The notes beneath the pieces are model-generated. The model was not told where the DNA came from. It saw nothing but the letters and a program-made list of their open reading frames with translations, and ran no database searches. A DNA stretch of 64,000 nucleotides, from NCBI RefSeq assembly GCF_009914755.1, contig NC_060927.1. One strand, 5' to 3'. Of this stretch, positions 53,779 through 64,000 are shown piece after piece. A program made the translations under genes and the position numbers. Positions within the stretch are counted from its first letter, which is position 1; each line of letters begins with the position of its first letter. The stretch is from the human T2T-CHM13v2.0 reference genome, Homo sapiens.

Positions 53779-53889
53779 GTTAACTGTCTTGGTTAACAAG
53801 ATGAGAGTCAAGAAATATTTCAAATGTATAGCATCTTATTAGAGGTGGAGAAGGAGCTTGTAAATCACCTAACCAGACCCCTTCACATG

Positions 53890-54400
53890 TTCAAAGGATT
53901 TAACAAGAGGTCGTACGGTGACTTTGCCCAGAGCAATTTCAGAAGAGTAGTAGAGATAAGACGATTGTCTAGAGAAATAATAGTAGATAAAGAAATGGAG
54001 AAATGGATGTAGACAATCCTTTTAAGACGTGTGACAATGAAGGGAAGGAGAGAAAAATAAGGGATTGGATGCAGATTTTAGAATGTATGTGCCTGTTAGG
54101 TCTTTTTAGGATGGGAGAATTTGAGCTTTTGGATGGTTAAAGGTTAAGGTCAGATATAATTAGGAGAAACATATGTCATCCAAACCAGATGTTTTTGAGG
54201 GTAAAAGAGGATGCTACTTATGCTGACACAATAGGAATAAACTGGGACTGTCTGAGGCCAGCCAGAAAGTCTGGTGATCCTAAGGATACAAAGTGATGTT
54301 GAAGACATACAGAGAGAAAGAAAAATTGATGACGTAAGGTCCCTGAGGAGGAAGGATAAAGAGGGATCTGAGTAGAGGTATAGTTGGTCAGGAGGAAACG
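53890..54400 (-). mobile_element. L2 fragment interrupted by MER94
   Basis: ggtgactttgcccagagcaatttcag...tgtagacaatccttt...tgaagggaaggagaga. Confidence 0.55.
54145..54282 (+). mobile_element. MER94-like hAT-Blackjack MITE
   Basis: catccaaaccag...tttgagggtaaaagagg...taaactgggactgtc...tggtgatccta. Confidence 0.7.
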
Positions 54401-55180
54401 GTAATTAAAGACTAACCCTTTCCCAGGTTCTAGTCACAGATCTAAAGCCAATGACCCCCCTGTTTTCAGAGAGCTTACAATTTAGTGCACTGATTATCAT
54501 GGTATAAGAGGAAAGAAGGAAGGGAATGGGATGGTCCACCAGTGGAAGAACCCATAATATTTTCAAGAAAACGTCCTAGAATTTCAATAGGGGACAAGTG
54601 TATTTTGAAAAGCATAGTCAATATTGTAATTCAGTGAAATGAAACTGTATTTTCTTTCTTTTTTATTGGCCACATCTTTATTTTGACATTTTGAGCAACA
54701 CTGTAGAGAACTGTTATATTGTGTTTTTGTTTTTGCTTCATTATTACAGGAAGACATAAGCTAAGAAATTCTGATGGAGTGATAGGAAAAAGCTGCCCTT
54801 TTGTGAGCATATATTACTTTCTAGGTTCTGTACTAGAATATATTTTATAAATGAACTGCCAGTAACTGGATGAGAAATCTGAGGCTCAGAGGGGCTAATA
54901 ACTTACCAGAAAATAACCCAGGGTCTCCATGAGGGGATTTGGCAATGGGTCTGTGCTTCAAAGCTGGTGTGCTTCCTGTTGGTAAGTACAGCCATGCCAG
55001 GATAGGAAGGCCACCACTCTAATATAATTCCATGAACATTCATATCTAAGACACTGGAAGGATGTACAGTCTATGCTCAAGAAGTAAAACTTATTGGACA
55101 AAAAATATAAACTACTACATTAAAAGTAAATTGTGAAATGCTAAATGGATAGGAAAAGTGCTGTTAGAATACAAAGAGTG

Positions 55181-55474
55181 GGCCGGGTGAGGTGGCTCAC
55201 TCCTGTAATCCCAGCACTTTGGGAGGCCAAGGCAGGTGGATCACGAGGTCCGGAGATTGAGACCATCCTGGCTAACACAGTGAAACCCAGTCTCTACTAT
55301 AAATCCCAAAATTAGCTGGGCATGGTGGCACGCGCCTTTACTCACAGCTACTTGGGAGGCTGAGGCAGGAGAATCACTTGAGCCCGGGAAGGTGGAGGTT
55401 GCAGTGAGCTGAGATTGCAACACTGCACTCCAGCCTGGGTGACAGAGCGAGACTCCGTCTCAAAAAAAAAAAAA
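55181..55474 (+). mobile_element. AluSc8-like, full length, inserted in a minus-strand L2 relic
   Basis: gatcacgaggtc and accatcctggctaacac in the left arm with an S-type right arm; AAAGAGT on both flanks. Confidence 0.94.
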
Positions 55475-56637
55475 GAGTTTAAATCTGGTTTAACTGGTTC
55501 AATCTGATCAGAAAATGTATCTCAGAAAAGAAGGTAGCTAAACAAAGCCTTGAAGAGTTGGGCAGTGACTCTTCAGGGAGATGGAATGTGGACCTATGTG
55601 GTTTTGTGGAGGGAGGGTGGGACAAGCGTGGTCAGGGAGGACTTGCTTAACACTTAAGGGAGGAGGTCAAACATGAACAGCAGTACAGATACAAGGTTCA
55701 ATTAGTTTTACCAAAACATGAGACATGGCACTAGAAAAGACAGTGGAAGAGACATTTTTGGAAAGGAAAGAGGAAAGACACTACTCATGGTTGCTGTCCT
55801 AATTAAATATCAAACTAATGAAACTGGATTTCTTTCTGAAGAACACAGGGAGCCACCGAAGTGATTTTTTTTCCAGTTTCTGAGGCTGTCCTTCCAGAGC
55901 TGGGATTATTAAAGGACACACAGTTTCTCCATGTATCTCCAGCTTTGCTTACATAATCTTACAAAATAATATTGGTTTCTTCACATGTGGCACCCCTTGT
56001 CAACACCATCATTTATTTCTGAACTATAAGAAGTTACTTGAATTTCTGGTGGTGTGATATGACACTTGGATTTAGCATGAAAATTAACTGAATCTCGTGT
56101 GTGTTTCCTCTTAGGTGGTACTGAGAGTATTTCTAACCCCACGATGTTATCTAGACCCAAATATTTTTCTTCTTTATTTTCTTTATTTGAGATGTGATGG
56201 AACCTGCCAATAGAGGTATAAAGATAACACCTATTTGGCCAGATTGGGAATTAGGTGCAAGGGCTAACACCCAATTTTATTTTATTCATTCACAAAGAGG
56301 CTCTAGGGCTTTGTCTTTTGTATACCGCTTTATTCTCCATACTCATTGACCTCCTTGGCAGCTCACTAGTCTCTCAATAGGCTATAGGTGTAAAGAACTC
56401 CTTCATTAAAAATCACATGAAAACTTTTTTCCCAAGCCTGACCAAGACTTATCAGGATGGAACCAACTGAACAACTTAATAAAGTTTCCTCTTTGAGGAG
56501 TGAAGGACTATACAGTTAATTCTTCCTGGAGTGTTCACCACTGTAAAAAGAAAAAAAAAATTATAAAGACAGCAAATGCCAATGAGTACCTACTAAAGGT
56601 AAATGATACCAATTCATCCACTGAGAAGCTCATAAAA

Positions 56638-56916
56638 GGCCGGCCACAGTGGCTCATGCCTGTAATCCCAGAACTTTGGGAGGCCGAGTCAGGCATATCA
56701 CCTGAGGTCAGGAGTTCAAGACCAGCCTGGCCAACATGGCAAAACCCCATCTCTAATAAAAATACAAAAATTAGCCAGCCATGTTGGCATACACCTGTAA
56801 TCCCAGCTACGTGGGAGGCTGAGGCAGGAGAATCACTTGAACCCGGGGGGGGCAGAGTTTGCAGTGAGCTGAGATTGCACCACTACACTCCAGCCTGCAT
56901 GACAGAGCAAGACTCC

Positions 56917-56948
<32 letters not shown>
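56638..56948 (+). mobile_element. AluSx-like, full length, long poly-A
   Basis: Alu consensus; TSD-like AGCTCATA(A/C)AA at 56627-56637 and 56960-56970. Confidence 0.96.
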
Positions 56949-56949
<1 letters not shown>

Positions 56950-58071
56950 CAGCAGCAACAGCTCATACAATGATGAAACACATTTTAGGAAAAAAAGAAA
57001 TGGTTTTCCAGGGAAAACATGTAATATCCTGGGACCAATCTGTTAGACCTTAGACATGCAGAGTCATCATATGCACTCACACATATGCTTCACAACTGTT
57101 ACTGAAACCAGGAGAGTTATCCTCCCTAGGATCTACCTTGACCCAGAAGGAACCAGCTTGAGGAGGTCAGAAACCAGTGCTGAGTAAAGGGCCATCACTT
57201 CTTTACCCCTCCTTCCCCCAGTATTGGGTGTGTGTTTCCCTTCTAGAGGCTTTATTTGGGAGTTCCATGTGGTAGTAAAATATGAAGTCATTAGAAATTC
57301 ATCAGTGAATGATGGATTTCCTTTGGTTGCACAGCCACTGGGTCTGTCTTCCTGTTCCATGGAAGCACGTAGGCATTTGGACGGCCTATGAATTAGAGAA
57401 GAGAGAGGCAGACAGACAGGCAGGCCAGGGAATGCTTATCTAAAAGCAACAGTATGTCAAGATCTCAATATTGAACCCAGAAACTAATTTATGGCAAGCC
57501 TAATGTTTTTCAGTAAAAGAACATGTAACAGTTTACCAAATGTGACCACAGTCTTTCTGCCCAGGAGGCCACCAAAGGACCTGAATGTTGCCTCTACAGC
57601 CCTTCCCTCAAACAATGCATCCTTGTTCCACAGCCTCCCAGCTGTGACAGCCATGATAAAAATGGAGATTGTTTTTATACTCTATGTGCTGTTTGTACAC
57701 TGACAGCAGCATGGTTATTCGCCAAATAATCAGAGTATGTTGGCATTTTTATAAATAAAGTGCTTGGGTTTGACAGTAATCTGTGCAAGGAAGACTTGGA
57801 GGATGGACAAAAATGTCTTCTTTCCCATGCAGAGGAAAAAAGCCTCCTTGGCTATTTTTCAGCACACTAACATCTCTTCTGACTAAAAGGCAGCCAGGAG
57901 CATAGCTATGACATCAGCCCAGCCGAAGCCCAGCTCTCTCCAAAAGGACACAGGGAAGTATTTCTTTCCTCCATGGCTTGCAGGAATGTGTTCCTGGGGC
58001 TTCCTGAGTTATACAAGAAGGATTTTATTTCACCAGAGTAGGGGCATGGGGGTGGAGAGGAAAGAGTGAGG

Positions 58072-58240
58072 AACTAACATTCAGCGAACTCCTATAGTGC
58101 TCTGTGCTCACACAGGTTGCTTTGTTTCATCCTCACGATAACCCTGGGAGGTGGGTATTATTGTCCCCAGTTTACTGATGAGGAAACCAAGCACACTCTC
58201 GTGTAGTGACCAAGGTGTGTTCACAGAAACCAACGCCTAG
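58072..58240 (-). mobile_element. MIR
   Basis: catcctcacgataaccctgggaggtgggtattattgtccccagtttactgatgaggaaac. Confidence 0.8.
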
Positions 58241-59844
58241 AAGTTGTCAGAAGTATAGGGATAGTCAGAGTATGAGAACGGGAGATACACACTTCTCCTT
58301 TAAGAAAATCATCTTCATGGCTGGAGGATTTCAAACACACATGCTCTGCTGCATACTTTCACATCTGTCTTGTCAAAAACATTTTTTACAGGTCTTGAAA
58401 TATTTTTATAGACAATATCTTTCAAAAGTTCATTTAGGAAACTCTCTGGGTAGAGGGAAGATTTAATTATTATTTGACAAAGGAACAAACTGACCTTCTG
58501 AGAATTTCGGCAACGTGCCAAAGTCCCAGCTAATGACTAGAAGAAAGGGACTCGGTGCAGATCCTCGGATTCTCCCTCCTCTGGTTCACTGTCTTCCGTG
58601 TCACCTTATTCTGTCTCATTACTGAGCATAACAGAAACTTAGAACCAACTTTCCTCCTACAAGTGCAGGAAGAGACTGAGGACAGTGGGCTGGGGCTAAT
58701 GCCGTTAACGCAGTTTGCCAGGAAGAACTTGTTCTGACAGCTAGAAGATTCAACTCTGGGTACTTTTTACTGAGGGTATTTCCACAGCCTCTTCCCTACC
58801 ACCCCCCTCCCTTCTCTGCCAACTCCCTCATCTCAGCAAAATCAAATCACACCTGGTACAGATTGAAGTTACCTTGCAAACTGTGGGTCCTACAGTAACA
58901 GCTCTTCACACTACTCACAGCTCATATTTTCCAGGCAGCAGAGTACTAAATCTAGGATGATCAAAACCAGATCTTGAAGTCTAACCTACCATGGGTTTGA
59001 GAACCCCCTTATGAATAGTGAAAAGTTTTCACTGAGCTTTGGGCCCAGAGGTGCACAGAAGCACCCCGAGGTGGACACTGCGGAGCACACCATTCACAGA
59101 ACAGGAGCACAGCTACGGGTCCGCTTGTTTTTGCTTTCGGACAGTCACTGGAATATCTTTCTAGCAACCAACCACTGGAAACTGGATGAGGTGGGCTTTG
59201 GCTGGTGGGTTACTATTCTGCTAGCCAAATTCCCGATGAATGTTTGCAAGTGTTTCTATCTGTAAGAGGATTCAGAAATACTGAATAAAGGCCATGACAT
59301 AACAACTGAAAAGTATCTACCTCTCACCACCACTTTTTAAGGTGCATTAAATAGTTCAAGTTGTCCCCTTCATAAAGGGTAAATTTAGCTTAGGATAAAT
59401 GTGTCTGAAGGGTATGTGAAGCCCCAAGACATTCTACTTTAAAGCATCTTAACACCAACAAACTTTGATTCTTAACTTAGACACTGTTGAAGAAGATGGA
59501 AAATTGAGTTCAATACTAACTTGGTGTTTGATCCTTTAAGAACACTGAATGCACTGTATCAACTAACATATACAATCTTCTGACGTCTGAATGGCCTTTA
59601 TTTCCTTTCTAGAAGTTGGCCAACAAAGTCTGCTGCTCCTTTCAGCTCCCCTTTAATAAAGGAAGTTAAATAACTTTGAATGTTATTTATGATTGGGTCG
59701 GGGGTGATAGTTGCCAGATGTGAGATACTTCATGTAAACTATTAAAAGATAAAGATCCATGAAGTTGCGTTGATTTCTACGAAGAAGAAATACAAACCAA
59801 AGGGTCAAAACAAACATTTCAGCTTCCATAATGTGTAGCACTAA

Positions 59845-60165
59845 ATTCAACAACCCTGTGTGCCTGCCACTGGGCTAGGCACTAGACATAGCAATATGAA
59901 AAAGATGAGCCATAAAAGGCTTAGAAGCCAGCCTAGGGCAGAGATAACATGGCACAATAAGGGCCACACCAATGGTGTGTGTCAACAGGGCTGTGGAACA
60001 CAGAGAAAGAGGAGGGATTATTCTGTTTAGAAAAAAAGCTCAAGGAAGCCTCTCGGTGGAGGCAACAGTTGAACTAGGCTTTGGAGATAACTAGGATCTT
60101 GTTAAGGATCCAGGGGACAGAGAGAGAGGAGAGCCTTCTAGGCAGAAAACAACACAGGCAAAACA
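59845..60165 (-). mobile_element. L2 (L2c-like) fragment
   Basis: cactgggctaggcactag...gctgtggaacacagag...aaggaagcctctcggtggagg...ttctaggcaga. Confidence 0.65.
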
Positions 60166-61279
60166 TTAGAAGAGAAAAGATGGATGCACTCTGGATATTC
60201 TATTCAAAGAAACGAAAAATTATGCCACCTGAACCCTTACAGTATGTTATTTGGAAAAGTCTATTAATTTCACATGTAAAAACATTTTCCTTGTGTACAA
60301 GTAAATACTGTAATTGAAGTGACAGATTAGACATGTAGAATTTATTATCTGAAAGAAAACCTAATCAATAGGTATTTCATTTCAAAAAGTTAATGAAATA
60401 TTATAGAGAGAGTGGCCTTTTAAGCTTTGATTTTTGGATTCAGAGAAAGAACTTAATTTTCAGTGACAAGGTCAGTACTAGTTGAATGGTCTCCTTTTGC
60501 TTCCCACAGAAATGACCGTTCTTTCATTCTTGAATTATTTATTAAAATCAGGCTTCAATAATCGGAGTCTATTTAAACATTTTTTTGTAGATCAGCAAGT
60601 TAAAAATCATGTTGCCTTTGCTATTTTTACCACCTTCAAACGGACAGTAAAGTACTTGTGTGAAATTAAATATTAATTTCATGAATATGTTTGGGTGTGT
60701 AACAAAATTCTCTCTTTTCAGTTCGTGTTAATTAATATTCAATGCAATAAGTACACATATGTTTAATACTATTATCATCAAGGAAGGGCAGAGGGTTCAA
60801 GTCATTGTAAAGGACAATGTGGGTATATTTTATCTCCTTCTAATTAGCAAAATTAGATGAGCTTCTGGAAGATTATTTGAAAGCAAAGGTTTGCCAAGCC
60901 TACTTTCAATAAACAGCTTTATGCTCCCAATAGCCTAGGACTCAACTCTTAGATGACAAAAATAAATCTTTTGGTACATCCATCATGGTTAAAGTAAGCC
61001 AATTCCAAGGTCAACTATAGGGTCAGATGCAAAAGGCTTGCCAAATAGCCACATATGCAAAATCATAGACATCAGCTCATCTGAAACAAATGCTCTACCT
61101 TGCAAAACAAAAATTATTTAGTTGTTTGCATTTATGGTCATGTATATTACCATGAATTTATGGTAATGTACATATGGTAGTATAGGTTGATTTGGGAACA
61201 TAATGAAAATTATGTATCTTTTAGCCAAATGGATGATATTTTCTTACAGAAGTTAAAAAATAAAAATTAAAAATTAGCT

Positions 61280-61627
<348 letters not shown>

Positions 61628-63951
61628 TCAGAGAGTAAACTGCATATATCTTTGGCAATGTATATAATTCGATAGACATTACATACACACTCTATCATTA
61701 CTGAGGCAGTTCCTCTTTCAAAAGGATGTCTTTGTTAAATAAATGTGTCCTCATAACTGCCTTTGAGAAGGAGACATATGCTGATCCTATAACACTCCAC
61801 ACCTTCTTTGAAGCCCTTAAATACTTCACTTCAAAAGCATGTCCTATTTTAATTATATCATACTGGTACATGAGAGATAAGGTGATTTCTCTACTTCCTG
61901 AATCAAAAGGAACAGCAGGATTAGACAGAAACAGCACATCGACTATCATTTTAGCTGTCTCAAGATTACAACATTTGAGCATTTTGTTTCCATGCTACAC
62001 CCTCCTTTCAGTGTCTATGAGGAAGTTTCTGCACTTTGTTTGACCCGACTGAACTTTGTCACACTGGCTTCTCACCACCCCTGATGAAGCAAGCCACTAA
62101 ATCTTACCAACTATCTCTTTGTTGTCTCTTGTATGTTCCCAGCCCCTCCTTCCAATCTTACCAAGCCAGTTAAGTTGCACTTTTCACCTTCTCCGTTGAC
62201 ATAAAATGAAGTAACTGCATTTATTTGGATATTGACTGCACATTTTGTCAACATCTCAGATTTTATAAGTCAACTAGATCGTGTTTCAAGGCAAAGTCCT
62301 AAAATTTCATAGCTCATCTCTATTTGCTTGCTCAGTGCAAAGTAACGAAATGAAAAACCCAGAACTCCAGAGAAAGTTTGTTTAGTCTTGTCATCATATA
62401 ACTGAACTAAATTATTCTGCACCATGTGAGTGTTTTAAAACATTCTATTATGGAAAAGGAAGCTATTAGTTTGTTAAAATATACTTAAATTTGATAGGCA
62501 TTTAACCAATGTCTATGAATGTATAGTGTGCAGGAACAAAAATTATTGGATCACTGAATGCAATATGAATTAAATGTTGTAGAAAAAGCTGATGCAGCTT
62601 TTTCTACTAGTGTCTAGTAGCTTTTTTTCAGTAATGTCCACCTACTAAATGAAAATGTTAGGACTACAGGGCCTCGCTCCCAACTTCAGTTGTATGGGAA
62701 AACAAGGTCAACCTCCTGTTCGCTTATAAGATAGAGAATTGTTGTACTTGACACCTGGAGACATGATTGTCAGAGCTTCTAAAATATTTCATGGAATACA
62801 TTATCTAACCATGTTAATATAAAACACGAGACTTGAGGCTATTTACATCTGAGTACCTGACTTTAGAAGAAGATCCTTTACTGTTCAAAATACTGTACGG
62901 AACCTACTGGTAGATATTGTTAGCTCCTTACCTAGTATCCTGAGTTTTACACAGAATCCTCTCTGGTGATGCTACCCATTCCGAAGTAAAGAAATGTTAT
63001 TTAACATCAATATAGAAACATACTGATGAATATGCACATAGATTATCTTTGAAAACAAACACATTTCTCTTTTTTAGCCTTGGGAAACATTAACTTTTTT
63101 TAAAATTAGAGATTCATCTTATTACACTTGATTTGTGAAAAAAAATTAATTACAATGCTACATTCTAATGATTCAAAAAATAATTGAAGTCAGTCTATCA
63201 GGTGGCCCAGAAATTATGCTATAAGCTTTAAGCTATATTCAATTGCTGAGTTAGATCAAGATTAGAATTTTCCTATAATGCTTCTATTTCGGAAGCTGTT
63301 TTGTCCATTAACCAAAGAAGAAGTCTCAAAATGCTTGGGACATTGTTACCTTCAAAACTATGTGGGGAGTGTGGGCAAGCAAGTGCCTGTTTGTCTGTGT
63401 GCAAAAGTGAACCATTGAGCATCCTTTTCTAAGGCACTAAGACGTGCCCTTAATTCTTAATTCTGGAGAGCTGTTGGAATCCCACTGAATGAAGCCATCT
63501 AACTCGCTCTGTCCAGTTTATATTGCCTCCTGAGCCAGTTCTTGTTCATAGTAAAGTTGAATTTTATAACCTACCCTGCCCCAGTATTTCCTTATATAAA
63601 TGGGTGACAAAGAGGAGTTCCATTGCAATATTTTTAAGAGAAAATTATTTTAGATTTGAATTCTGCAAAAATTCTGGATACAGGGGAAACTGTTAAAGCG
63701 CTGCTGCCCACTCATCCCATGAGCATTTTAAATTATGTACAATATGCCAATGAGCATTTAAAGCTGACTAAGAAAGTGTGTCGACCTATAAGAACCAAGT
63801 GAGGGGGTAGAGAAGTAAGCAGATTACCATGCAGCATGGCAAGGGCCATGATAGAAGTATCCACAAAGTGTTTTGTGTGTCAGCAAAAGAAATATCTAAA
63901 TCTATTTCAAGAGTCAAGAAGACTTTCTTAAAAAGGGGATGGGTAGGTGGA

Positions 63952-64000
63952 TTTTTATTTTTTTTTAGGTGGGGTTTCTCTCTGTTGCACAGGCTGGAGT
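63952..64000 (-). mobile_element. Alu 3' end cut by the window edge
   Basis: poly-T then ctctgttgcacaggctggagt. Confidence 0.85.

Noticed and set aside
56500-56973. 157-aa ORF ending in poly-K/poly-Q
   Set aside because: GTG start, Alu-derived; the K and Q runs come from the poly-A tail and a short (AGC)n
59058-59145. Possible REST/RE1 half-sites (AGCACC...GGACAC; CGGACAG) in a CpG-richer patch
   Set aside because: The half-sites are imperfect and not at canonical spacing

Overview
This is AT-rich, CpG-depleted primate (probably human) non-coding genomic DNA, either intronic or intergenic. It holds 15 Alu copies (J, S and Y types), two L1PA 3' fragments, many old L2/MIR/L3 relics, a MaLR/ERVL-type LTR, several hAT MITEs and microsatellites. 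I found no complete gene, structural RNA gene, CRISPR array or prokaryotic-type system. The ORF-track entries are Alu/L1/L2 read-throughs or chance frames, and I could not identify the locus. The best non-repeat signal is a candidate minus-strand alternative promoter and first exon at ~2580-2880. It has CCAAT, GC-box/G4 and FOX motifs, an ATG preceded by an in-frame stop, 20 signal-peptide-like codons and a GCG|GTAAGT donor. Other leads are a plus-strand exon candidate with a perfect TACTAAC branch point bracketed by inverted Alus, a palindrome-rich TEAD/E-box block, a two-way CTCF-like site beside a USF E-box, and a direct-plus-inverted micro-duplication. All of these are by-eye hypotheses. 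Repeat subfamilies and the boundaries of old repeats are approximate. I see no convincing evidence of a new biological system.
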